Virus record (IMG/VR): IMGVR_UViG_3300025000_000067
Span: 38,132 to 102,131 of that record
DNA: 64,000 bases
Origin: a virus
Reading direction: 5' to 3' (one strand)
Notes under the pieces: generated by a model
Told to the model about the DNA's origin: nothing
The model's input: the letters and a program-made list of their open reading frames with translations, nothing else
The model's database searches: none
In this document: positions 18,340-27,451 of the stretch, one piece after another
Layout of the letters: each line of letters opens with the position of its first letter
How positions within the stretch are numbered: position 1 is the first letter of the stretch
Position numbers and translations under genes: made by a program

Positions 18340-20157
18340 ATGGAGGGCTTCTCACGACAGGAGATATTTGACTATCAAATACGCACTAGGCCCTCTATAT
18401 GGGCTCAGTACCACACTAAGCTAAGGGGAAAGCCTTATCGCTTCGAACAACTCAATCCTGATGGCTCCTTGGACCTACGGAAGGCCTTTCAGATATCCCC
18501 TCAAGAGCAGAATATAGGGCTCCGTGGTCAAAGGCAGTTTCTTCAGCAAATGCTAGATGACCAGCACCCATATAAGTCAGAACAGAAGTCCCGGCAATGT
18601 GGGGCCAGTGAGAACGAGGTTAGAGAAGTCTTATGGTTTGCTGATACTCATCCCTACTCATCTATCGTCTATGTCTTCCCAACGTTTGACCAAGTGGCTG
18701 ACTTCTCAAAGACACGGATCGAGGAGGTTATGAGAGAGTCACCTCATGTGAAGAGTCGTATGGGCTATGACCCAAAGACAGGTAAAAAGAGGCAGGGTGA
18801 AGATCCTGTGGACAATGTACGACTACGGAAGATGGGGGATAACAGCTGGCTCTATTTCCGTAGTGGTAGTACACCAAAAGCCGGAGAAGGAATACCATGC
18901 GACGTGGTTGTGTTCGATGAGATCGACAGAATGGCACCAAATGTCATGATTGCCTTCAATGAAACGCTGTCATCCAGCGCCTATGGATGGAGAAGGGACG
19001 TATCAACCCCTAGCCTCCCTGGTGTAGGTGTGAATGCAAGCTTCAAAGATTCAGATCAACAGCATTGGTTTATGAAATGCCCACACTGTAATCATTGGAC
19101 TACGATGATACATGACTTTCCGAAGGGTGTAGAGCAGCTTACTGTAGACCGCCATGATCGGCCAAATCACAACTTGCATCTAGTCTATGACTGGGTGCAG
19201 GAGTCAGACAGGTACATATACACTTGTTTGAAGTGTAAGAGACCTATTAGTGACGAAATGCGGATCAATGGCATATGGCAACCGCTCTACCCTCATAGAG
19301 ATCGAATCAGGGGTTATCAAATAAGCCAACTTATGTGCCCGTGGATAAGCCCTAGCCAACTCATGCAGAAGAAAGCTGACTATAAGCTAGAGCAGCTGTT
19401 TATGAACTATGTTATTGGCCTAACCTACCTTGGGGACAATGTCATGATATCTAAGGGGGATATTCTTAGATGCTGTGATACGTCGCTTACGAATCCCTAT
19501 GACCTCAGAAGGGATCGTGTGTGTCTAGGTGTAGACTGGGGTAACACATCGTGGGGTACTGCTGGCATGCCTCATCCAGATAACCCAAGTAAGATCATTA
19601 TTCTGGACATATGGGACGTTAAAGATGATGAAGCAGTGACTACAGATGGCCGGAAGAACAACCCACATATATCGAGGACCGCTGATAAGATGAGACAATG
19701 GGATGCTAAACGTGGGGTATTTGACGCAGGCTATGGCAAGGACCGTAACTGGGAGCTTATGCAAGTATTCCCGGGTAAAGTATTTAGCTGTTTCTACCCT
19801 AATCTGTCAACGACCTCAACGAAGAATGTAGATGATCAGTGGCACGAGGATGAGGCCAAGGTTAACGTTGATCGAACACTAGACCTTAAGCTTATGGCCC
19901 GGATGTTTAGAGAAGGGCTCTTTGTGATACCAGCATGGGTTGTGCTTAATCCGCTCTTTGAAACCTTCTTTATCAAGCACCTAACCAACATTGTCCTGAT
20001 AAGAGATATTGAAGAAGATGAGAAGACTAAAAAAGAGATCATATCTGAGAGAGTGGGCACCCTTCCAGGTGGAGATCACTTTGCCCATGCAACGAACTAT
20101 TTGACAATCGCCTTACGGAAGGTTGGTAAAGGTGGCGGGGGAGATTTCTTTTTCTAG
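18340..20157 (+). CDS. terL: terminase large subunit (gpA/SPO1-like)
   Basis: KSRQCGASE Walker A variant, VVFDEIDRM Walker B, STP motif, CPHC Zn module, GVDWG nuclease, C-terminal DHFAHA. Confidence 0.93.
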   Translation: MEGFSRQEIFDYQIRTRPSIWAQYHTKLRGKPYRFEQLNPDGSLDLRKAFQISPQEQNIGLRGQRQFLQQMLDDQHPYKSEQKSRQCGASENEVREVLWFADTHPYSSIVYVFPTFDQVADFSKTRIEEVMRESPHVKSRMGYDPKTGKKRQGEDPVDNVRLRKMGDNSWLYFRSGSTPKAGEGIPCDVVVFDEIDRMAPNVMIAFNETLSSSAYGWRRDVSTPSLPGVGVNASFKDSDQQHWFMKCPHCNHWTTMIHDFPKGVEQLTVDRHDRPNHNLHLVYDWVQESDRYIYTCLKCKRPISDEMRINGIWQPLYPHRDRIRGYQISQLMCPWISPSQLMQKKADYKLEQLFMNYVIGLTYLGDNVMISKGDILRCCDTSLTNPYDLRRDRVCLGVDWGNTSWGTAGMPHPDNPSKIIILDIWDVKDDEAVTTDGRKNNPHISRTADKMRQWDAKRGVFDAGYGKDRNWELMQVFPGKVFSCFYPNLSTTSTKNVDDQWHEDEAKVNVDRTLDLKLMARMFREGLFVIPAWVVLNPLFETFFIKHLTNIVLIRDIEEDEKTKKEIISERVGTLPGGDHFAHATNYLTIALRKVGKGGGGDFFF

Positions 20158-20169
20158 AGGAGGATTAAT

Positions 20170-20484
20170 ATGAAAATGCGGAAGATTGTGCAGAAAGTTG
20201 TACATTTGAAAGAACATAGGGTAGCCGTACTAGCCTATAGAATGTCAGAGGGTTCTGAAGTACAATACCTGACTGCTATGCCTAAGGAAGGTAGGCGCAT
20301 GCTCAAGGAGTTTAGAGAAACTGGTAAGTTTACACGATTAAAACCATGGGTAAGCAGAGATGCCTTAGAAGTTCTAGAGCCTGTGAGTATGACTATGGCA
20401 TACACAGATGGCTGGTACGCTAAGATTCCTGCAGTCATTGACTATAAGGAGGATGAAACAAATGGATATGTACATTGGATTTAA
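20170..20484 (+). CDS. hypothetical protein
   Basis: GAGGAGG SD. Confidence 0.7.
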   Translation: MKMRKIVQKVVHLKEHRVAVLAYRMSEGSEVQYLTAMPKEGRRMLKEFRETGKFTRLKPWVSRDALEVLEPVSMTMAYTDGWYAKIPAVIDYKEDETNGYVHWI

Positions 20485-21076
20485 GATGATCGAGGCAAAG
20501 CCTATGACAGCAAAAGAGGCTAGCCTAATACTATTTGATCGGCCAATTAGCACTGAGAACGCTGATGAAGAAGGTAATGGCTATCTAGTGAAGTATGAAG
20601 ATGGCTACACCTCATGGTCACCTAAAGCTCAGTTTGAAAAGGCATACACAAAATTTGGGACTAGGAGTGCCATAGGTGAAGGCCTAGAAATCAAACCGAT
20701 TGACTCAAGTGTTTGTATAATCAAATTTAAAGAGGACTTCTCACACGAAGAGATTGAGTCATTTAAGAAAGCATGGAGAACTGCGATGTGTAGTCCAGGA
20801 TCACCTAAAGTAACAGCGCTCTGTGTGCCAAATACCATAGACATAAAATCCTTAGAGGGGACAACCTTTGATTTCTCAGTGGCCCTGAAGCTTCTGAAGT
20901 TAGGGTATAAGGTCACAAGAACCTACTGGATGGATGGGGATAGTGTGGTTTACTGGCTAGAGCTGGTAGATAACGATATTCGAAAAGGCCGGATGTACGC
21001 TGGTAACCTAAGCTATTGGGATGATGCAGAGTCGGCAGCTCTGTTAGCTGAAGACTATAAGCTCATGAAGCGCTAA
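20462..21076 (+). CDS. DUF2829/Tad2-like domain fused to a YIGxK...DGYxSWSPK module
   Basis: C-terminal FDFSVALKLLKLGYKVTRTYW...LLAEDY; ATG 20462 after AAGGAGG. Confidence 0.65.
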   Translation: MDMYIGFKMIEAKPMTAKEASLILFDRPISTENADEEGNGYLVKYEDGYTSWSPKAQFEKAYTKFGTRSAIGEGLEIKPIDSSVCIIKFKEDFSHEEIESFKKAWRTAMCSPGSPKVTALCVPNTIDIKSLEGTTFDFSVALKLLKLGYKVTRTYWMDGDSVVYWLELVDNDIRKGRMYAGNLSYWDDAESAALLAEDYKLMKR

Positions 21077-21092
21077 GAGGAGGAAGGGGAAT

Positions 21093-21383
21093 ATGTTAGA
21101 CGCTGGGTGGACTGTGCATGTCGGATGGCTTGTACTTGCGGTATTAGTTGGGGTAATTATCGGTTGTCTAATCCTCGGATTCTTTGCAGGGGCAAAGGAA
21201 CCAAAGTGTGACGAATGCGTGCTGATGTGCAGAGCTGTGTCAAGTGGTAAAGGTACTTACTGCAGCAATCAAATGGCTAAACATAAGGCAGAACCACCAC
21301 TAAAACATAACTGGGAAATAACCCATGCAGATAAACCTACAAGGAGCCCGTACCGTAGAAATGAGCGTCGTAGTAAGGTTTAA
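21093..21383 (+). CDS. membrane-anchored small protein
   Basis: N-terminal TM helix. Confidence 0.65.
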   Translation: MLDAGWTVHVGWLVLAVLVGVIIGCLILGFFAGAKEPKCDECVLMCRAVSSGKGTYCSNQMAKHKAEPPLKHNWEITHADKPTRSPYRRNERRSKV

Positions 21384-21468
21384 TAATCTTCGGAAGTAAA
21401 AGGGCTATTGATTTTCCATAAATAATGGTATTATTAGTTTAATATGCAAATGGGACGGGGGAATTTAT

Positions 21469-22749
21469 ATGAGTCAGATTGGAGATACACGAGAGTATAC
21501 AAATATTGATGAGAGTGCCAGCAAGTTGCTTGCTAAGTGTCCACAATGTCAGGTAAAAGCAGTACCGAAGGGAATCAACTCAACGAGTCCGGGGGCACCA
21601 GGTGAAAAGCACTGCCCTAATTGTGGCCAGATCTTTGGCCGGGGAACCTTCCCGACAAAGGTGCTAACAGTTGCTGTAACTGGGACTGCAGGAGCGGTAA
21701 CCATTGCAGTGGATAAGGCTAGGCTGCAAATGTTATCTGAAGTCCTTCCTGCTATTGCTACCGATAAGTCAGTAGCATGGAGTGTAGCAGCTGGGACAGG
21801 AACAGCGTCAATCAGTTCTGGTGGCTTACTGCAGTCACTAACAAACGGCACTGTTACCGTGTTGGCTACAGCTAACGATGTGACTAAGGTATCCGGAAGC
21901 AGGGTAGTCACGCTAAGTAACCAGAGTATCTGGGTACAGAGTTTAGTAGTTACTGGGGCAGGGAATGCCACAACCGTAGAAACAGACAGAGGCACCCTCC
22001 AAATGGCCGTAGCAGTATTACCTGCTAATGCTGCGGATAGTGCTGTAGTCTGGAGTGTTACAGCGGGTACGGGAACCGCTACAATTAGTGCAGAAGGCCT
22101 ACTCTCTGCAGTGTCTAATGGGACTGTAACCGTTGTAGCAACCGCTCATGATGGCTCAGGGGTTATTGGTAGCCGTGTGATCATGTTAAGTAATCAGAGT
22201 ATCTGGGTAGCTAGCCTAGTTGTATCGGGTGCAGCTGGTGCAACAACTATCACAGTAGATGGTGGTACCCTACAGATGGATGTTGCTGCATTGCCTGCTA
22301 ATGCTACAGATGCTTCTGTAACATGGAGTGTAGCAGCTGGAACTGGTACAGCAACGATTAGTGCGGGTGGATTGTTAACCGCAGTAACAGATGGAACAGT
22401 AACCGTCACAGCCACAGCAGACGATGCGGGTGGAGTTACAGATGATCTAGTAATTACGCTCAGTAATCAAATTAAGCTGGTGACTAGCATTGTAGTAACT
22501 GGAGCGGGAAGTGCAGTAATCATTGATGTAAATGATGGCACCCTTCAGATGGCTGCAGCAGTTTTACCTGTTGATGCCGATGATGGTACCTATACATGGT
22601 CCGTAGAGCCGGGAACCGGGGCAGCTGCGATCAGTGATACTGGGTTACTCACTGCGGTAACCAATGGTACAGTGACCGTAAAAGCTACAGCTAATGATAC
22701 CTCAGGTATTGTTGGTGAGAGGATAATTACAATTAGTAATCAAGTATAA
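21469..22749 (+). CDS. Zn-ribbon + four Ig-like (Big_2-type) repeats
   Basis: four ~91-aa repeats (LP..A.D..V.WSV..GTG.A.IS..GLL...GTVTV.ATA.D) each ending in SNQ. Confidence 0.85.
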   Translation: MSQIGDTREYTNIDESASKLLAKCPQCQVKAVPKGINSTSPGAPGEKHCPNCGQIFGRGTFPTKVLTVAVTGTAGAVTIAVDKARLQMLSEVLPAIATDKSVAWSVAAGTGTASISSGGLLQSLTNGTVTVLATANDVTKVSGSRVVTLSNQSIWVQSLVVTGAGNATTVETDRGTLQMAVAVLPANAADSAVVWSVTAGTGTATISAEGLLSAVSNGTVTVVATAHDGSGVIGSRVIMLSNQSIWVASLVVSGAAGATTITVDGGTLQMDVAALPANATDASVTWSVAAGTGTATISAGGLLTAVTDGTVTVTATADDAGGVTDDLVITLSNQIKLVTSIVVTGAGSAVIIDVNDGTLQMAAAVLPVDADDGTYTWSVEPGTGAAAISDTGLLTAVTNGTVTVKATANDTSGIVGERIITISNQV

Positions 22750-22836
22750 GCTAACCACGAGCCCAGGGGGAATTAAAGAAAGAGCGGAGGAAGGGGACAA
22801 CCTTCGTCTGCTCTTTTTGTTTTAGGTAGAGGAGGT

Positions 22837-24645
22837 ATGGTTATGGATAACATACTAGACATTTGTGCAACAGCCCCAAAAGCTGAAGAGCTTCTGAAGG
22901 CCTTTGCTAGTGGAGAAAAGATAAAGATGGGTAAGCCTAAGTCTGCAATTATTGATCCGTATATGACGACAGGGGCTAACGGCCTAAGACAGAAACCTAC
23001 TGCTGTTCCATACTCTGTGCTTAGACGAATGGCTAAGGTCCCTGCAGTAGCTGCGATCATTAACACAAGACTCAATCAAGTTGCACGGTTCTCTCGACGG
23101 CCACGATTTGAAGGGGATATGGGATTTAAGATCGTACTGAAGGACAGAGAAGCTAAAATGTCAGAGGCCCAGAAAAAACGAGCCTTCGAGCTGGAAGAGT
23201 TCTTCATGACCACAGGTGCCGTGCCTAATGCTAAGCGCAAAGACAACTTTGATAAGTTCATGCGTAAGATTGTACGTGATACCTTGACATTAGATGTTGT
23301 GACCTTTGAAAATGTAGGTAATCGCAAAGGAACCATAGCTGAGATATGGGCTATTGATGGCGCAACGATTGAACTTGTAGCCAGTGATCTAACAGGTGCA
23401 GAGCGGGAAATGCCTGTCTATGAGCCAATGACCCGGGCCGGGCAGTCAATAGCTAAGGACATATCCTATGTGCAGAGGGTTAATGGCCAGATTATTGCGG
23501 AGTTTACAGAAGACGAATTGTGTTTTGCTATTCGCAATCCTCAGACAGATATCAACATGGTGGACTTCGGAATGTCAGAACTTGAAACACTAATAGAGAT
23601 TGTCACAGGAATTATGAATAGCGTCCGGTACAATACAAGCTATTTCAGTGAATCACACCTACCCCAAGGGATACTAGAAATCGTGGGTAGCTATGAAGAC
23701 TCACACTTAGAAGGTTTTAAGAAGCACTGGAAAGCGATGACTAGTGGCGCATCAGGGAAGTGGGCAGTGCCTGTGATGGCCTTAAAAGAAGGAGCAGGGT
23801 TTAAGTTCACAAACTTTAAGGCAAATAATCGGGATATGGAGTTCAATGAGTTCTTAGAGTTTTTGTTCAATATCGCCTGTGCAGTGTATCAGATCGATCC
23901 CAATGAAGTAGGTTTTAAGTCTTGGACCAGTGGTGGCAACGGAGCTATGAAATCGGACAATACAGAAGTCAAGATTGACCAGTCAAAGGATAAAGGATTC
24001 GTCCCGCTCATGCAGTTCTTAGCCAATACCTTCAATTCAGAAGTCGTGGACCGGATTGATGATCAGTTTGCCTTTACATGGATTGGAATTGATGAACAAG
24101 ATGAGGAGCAGAAGTGGGCGCGGTATAAGGAGCAGATTGACTCGGGAGTTGTCGTCGTTGCAGAGATCCGGAAGAAAGAAGACATGGATGAACTGTTGGA
24201 TGAGGAAGGTAAACCCGCTCAATGGACAACAGCACCTGGTAACCCCACCCTAATTCAGGTGTTTATGGCTGAAGTCAATGCTAAGATGGCAGAAGAACAG
24301 CAAGCACAGCAACAACAGCAGGGTGCTATCGACGGAGCACAGGAGAAGATGACTGCTGATGATACCCATAGTAAGGCTTTAGAAGTCATGGATAAGCAAC
24401 ACCAGCAGGGATTAGAAGCTAAGAAGTTGGATCAAGAACATCAAGTTAACCTAGAGAAAATCAAGCATAAACAAGGTCTTGAAGGTAAACAGCTTGACCA
24501 AAAGCATCAGACAAATATTGAACAGATGAAAGCAAAAGCACAGGCTAAGAAGCCACCGCTTAAGAAATCTCTTATAGATTCTTCCGAAGTATTAGATTCC
24601 GAAGAGGACGAGCTGCAGGTATCAATTGAGTGGGGAGATTACTAA
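22837..24645 (+). CDS. portal protein
   Basis: position after terL; portal-like motifs (GMSELE, YFS..P.GIL, DMEF.E.L, AVYQIDP.EVG). Confidence 0.88.
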   Translation: MVMDNILDICATAPKAEELLKAFASGEKIKMGKPKSAIIDPYMTTGANGLRQKPTAVPYSVLRRMAKVPAVAAIINTRLNQVARFSRRPRFEGDMGFKIVLKDREAKMSEAQKKRAFELEEFFMTTGAVPNAKRKDNFDKFMRKIVRDTLTLDVVTFENVGNRKGTIAEIWAIDGATIELVASDLTGAEREMPVYEPMTRAGQSIAKDISYVQRVNGQIIAEFTEDELCFAIRNPQTDINMVDFGMSELETLIEIVTGIMNSVRYNTSYFSESHLPQGILEIVGSYEDSHLEGFKKHWKAMTSGASGKWAVPVMALKEGAGFKFTNFKANNRDMEFNEFLEFLFNIACAVYQIDPNEVGFKSWTSGGNGAMKSDNTEVKIDQSKDKGFVPLMQFLANTFNSEVVDRIDDQFAFTWIGIDEQDEEQKWARYKEQIDSGVVVVAEIRKKEDMDELLDEEGKPAQWTTAPGNPTLIQVFMAEVNAKMAEEQQAQQQQQGAIDGAQEKMTADDTHSKALEVMDKQHQQGLEAKKLDQEHQVNLEKIKHKQGLEGKQLDQKHQTNIEQMKAKAQAKKPPLKKSLIDSSEVLDSEEDELQVSIEWGDY

Positions 24646-24661
24646 AAAGGGGACGGTGTAA

Positions 24662-25021
24662 ATGACTAAGTCTAGATTAAGGCACTGCAAGGATGGCGTT
24701 CAAGAATATGATCTTCTGTGGCTCTGGTGCCCAGGGTGTAACGAGTACCATGCAGTTAAAGTTAACACTTCAAATGGTTGGAATTGGAATGGAAGTCAAG
24801 AAAAACCGACAGTTACACCTTCAATACTAGTGCGAGGTACAAAACCAATAAGTGATGAAGAAGCTAAGAGAATCCTGAATGGTGAGCATATTGAGTCAAT
24901 TCCACTGGTATGTCATAGTTTTGTAACAGACGGTAGAATACAGTTTCTTAGTGATTCAACTCATGTGTTAGCAGGCCAAACAGTGGATTTACCTGAATTG
25001 GACGAAAATGATATTGATTAG
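24662..25021 (+). CDS. DUF6527-like Cys/His protein
   Basis: WCPGCxxxH, WNWNGS.EKPT.TPSI, CHSFVTDGRIQFLSD.TH.LAGQTVDLP. Confidence 0.65.
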   Translation: MTKSRLRHCKDGVQEYDLLWLWCPGCNEYHAVKVNTSNGWNWNGSQEKPTVTPSILVRGTKPISDEEAKRILNGEHIESIPLVCHSFVTDGRIQFLSDSTHVLAGQTVDLPELDENDID

Positions 25022-25026
25022 AGGAG

Positions 25027-26295
25027 TTGAGGAGGTTGAAGCAATTGAATATCGTACTTCCGAAGACTCTGCAGGCATTGTCAAATGATCATAAGCTTCA
25101 GATAGTCTCTGAACTATCTAAGGCCCTAGATATTAAAAGCCCTAAGGCCTCGGGATTAGAACGCACAGTGTGGACCACGAACGATGAGCAGTTACTCGGT
25201 GAAGCTGAGGATGAACTTTATGAAATACTAGTGGGTCCAGCTCTAGAGAATATGGCTGAGCTCATAGCAGCCTTGGAGCGAAGTGATGAGCCAATACAAC
25301 TACAGAAGGCCTTCAGTCCAGAATACTTAACCTATGAAGATCAATTGTTTAAGGCCTTGGACAATGGTAAGCACAAGTTAAGTGATCTTATCAACCTATC
25401 GAAGACTAAGCGCAATGCTTTTACTAAGCTACTGCAGGAGGGTAGTGAGTGGACAAAAGCTAAGCTTAAGCAAATTGACGATATCATGAAACAAAAGTTA
25501 CCGGACTATGCAAAGTTAGCTGAGCAGTTTGCAGTAAGAGCAGCGTTTATAGCTAAGATCCGGAGTCATGCAGACACTGAGATGTTGAGCACTGTAGGCG
25601 CTTTTGTAGACCGCTTTCCCTCAACGATTAAAGAGGCAGAGCATGAAGGGTTAGTTCTAACTCTTAAAGAGCAGGAGAGGGCTAAGGCAGAAGGTCGAAC
25701 AGTGAAGATCCTTCCTCTACAACCCCAAGAACTTAGGGCAGTAGAACATGCAAATTTACGAGCGGGCGATAAGCTGACAGAGATAAGTGATCGCCACCGA
25801 GCAGGTGTCCGGCAATTAGTGATCCGAGCACAGAATGAGCGCTGGGGTGCTCAGAAGTTAGCTCAAGCCCTCTTTGATGCTTTTGGGGAGCAGAACAGAG
25901 ATTGGAGAAGAGTTAGCCTCACAGAAATATCCATGGCAAGTAATGACGCGTTTTTAGCAGGCTGTTCAGAAGGGGATACAGTGTGGGTTCCACCTGTTGA
26001 GGGTAGTTGCGAACACTGTAAAAAACTTATTGAAGGCAAGACCTTCATAGTGACCTCAGACCCGGGAGCTGACCCTCAGAAGTACATATGGGTAGGCAAG
26101 AGTAACTATGGCCGGACGGTTAAGGAGTGGATACCCTGTGTTCCCTTGCACGTTCAATGTCGGCACCGTTTCCACGCCGTGTCTCGATTCTACAAAGTAG
26201 ACCAAGACGGGAAACCTAAGCTTAAGACCACTGTAGAGCTTATTCAGGAGGAAAGGCTTAAAAGGGGCCTTGGTCCAGATTTGAATTTAAAGTAG
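25027..26295 (+). CDS. minor head / head morphogenesis protein (SPP1 gp7/Mu F-like)
   Basis: after portal; RV..TE, CxxC and PLHxxCR motifs. Confidence 0.75.
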   Translation: MRRLKQLNIVLPKTLQALSNDHKLQIVSELSKALDIKSPKASGLERTVWTTNDEQLLGEAEDELYEILVGPALENMAELIAALERSDEPIQLQKAFSPEYLTYEDQLFKALDNGKHKLSDLINLSKTKRNAFTKLLQEGSEWTKAKLKQIDDIMKQKLPDYAKLAEQFAVRAAFIAKIRSHADTEMLSTVGAFVDRFPSTIKEAEHEGLVLTLKEQERAKAEGRTVKILPLQPQELRAVEHANLRAGDKLTEISDRHRAGVRQLVIRAQNERWGAQKLAQALFDAFGEQNRDWRRVSLTEISMASNDAFLAGCSEGDTVWVPPVEGSCEHCKKLIEGKTFIVTSDPGADPQKYIWVGKSNYGRTVKEWIPCVPLHVQCRHRFHAVSRFYKVDQDGKPKLKTTVELIQEERLKRGLGPDLNLK

Positions 26296-27097
26296 CTTTT
26301 AATACTTGTATCAATTCTAAGGACCTACGTTTATAACTTTGTGGATATTCAGTAATAACTCTTTTACTTTTCCAACCGTTGCTAGTTACTCTGTATAGAG
26401 TCCACCCCTGTTCAAATAAAAAGGCTTCTTTCTTTGCATCCTGTAGTTGTTTACGCTCAGAAGAGTGCCACCCACCACCATCTATCTCAATAGCTATCTT
26501 ATTTTCTGGGAAAGCAAAGTCTAAATTAAATATATTAAGAGCATAGTTATGTCTGAAGCCTGTGATGTTAGCCTCAAGTAGCCATTTAGCAAACCATAGT
26601 TCCCATTTAGACATTGGTTGGTGCTCGACGCTCAGGGCACGTTTCTCTAAGTCAGCTTTACTACGTTTGGAGCCACGCACCGCAGCATGTGCTTTAGCTG
26701 TTATAGCAAGATTTTCCTCTTTAGTTGAATTGGCAAAGCGAATTAAGTTAGCCTCTGAGCCACTACGAGTTGGTACACCAAGTCTTTTACACCAATCGAA
26801 TAGTGCAGGGGTAGAAACACTGTACTCACGTTCAAGTGCTTCAATAGATTTATTCTCTACCCATATTTTTTGATTTAGAAGGTCTTTAAGTTGGGGATCA
26901 GTTAGATGCCTAAATATTTTTCTTACCATAGGTAACGGAACACTAAATTTCTTGAGCCAGTTTAGCACCATTGTTCGTGATACGTCTAAGTCATCCATAA
27001 TCATTGTTACTGTCTTAAATTCAATCTCTACCTTGTATCTTAGTAATTCAGCCAGTTCATCATCAGAAAGATGTTTTAATTTCCATCGTACAGCCAT
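26258..27097 (-). CDS. HTH repeats + DUF559/Vsr-like endonuclease (free-standing homing-endonuclease-like)
   Basis: LDFAFPENKIAIEIDGGGWH ... QDAKKE..L...GW; ATG 27097 after AAGGGGG. Confidence 0.8.
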   Translation of the reverse strand: MAVRWKLKHLSDDELAELLRYKVEIEFKTVTMIMDDLDVSRTMVLNWLKKFSVPLPMVRKIFRHLTDPQLKDLLNQKIWVENKSIEALEREYSVSTPALFDWCKRLGVPTRSGSEANLIRFANSTKEENLAITAKAHAAVRGSKRSKADLEKRALSVEHQPMSKWELWFAKWLLEANITGFRHNYALNIFNLDFAFPENKIAIEIDGGGWHSSERKQLQDAKKEAFLFEQGWTLYRVTSNGWKSKRVITEYPQSYKRRSLELIQVLKATLNSNLDQGPF

Positions 27098-27185
27098 TAG
27101 TAATTCCCCCTTGTATAATGTAGTCATAGACATTATACTGCAATCACAGGTAATACACAATTAGTAAAAGAGGAGCTGGCAAAGA

Positions 27186-27440
27186 ATGAAAAAACCTATT
27201 GATACGCAGTTCGTTGCTCAAACCATCGAACGACTGGTAAGGGGCACAGGTTACCCGGTAACCGCTCAAGTTCTGAAGTCCATTGATGTTGACCGGGAGC
27301 AGCTTAGGCATATGGAGCGGAAAGGCCTAGTGAAGTCCTTAGAATTACACTGCAGAGGTCAAATGACTAAGGCCTACTACACAGAAAACATGTGGCCATC
27401 AAAGATATCAGTAAAAGAACCGGAGGTAGCTGAAGTATAG
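27186..27440 (+). CDS. hypothetical protein
   Basis: GAGGAG SD. Confidence 0.7.
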   Translation: MKKPIDTQFVAQTIERLVRGTGYPVTAQVLKSIDVDREQLRHMERKGLVKSLELHCRGQMTKAYYTENMWPSKISVKEPEVAEV

Positions 27441-27451
27441 GAGGGACGAGC

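Noticed and set aside
18340-20157. Intron or intein in terL (common in this phage type)
   Set aside because: ORF is continuous, of normal length, and shows no intein or LAGLIDADG motifs.
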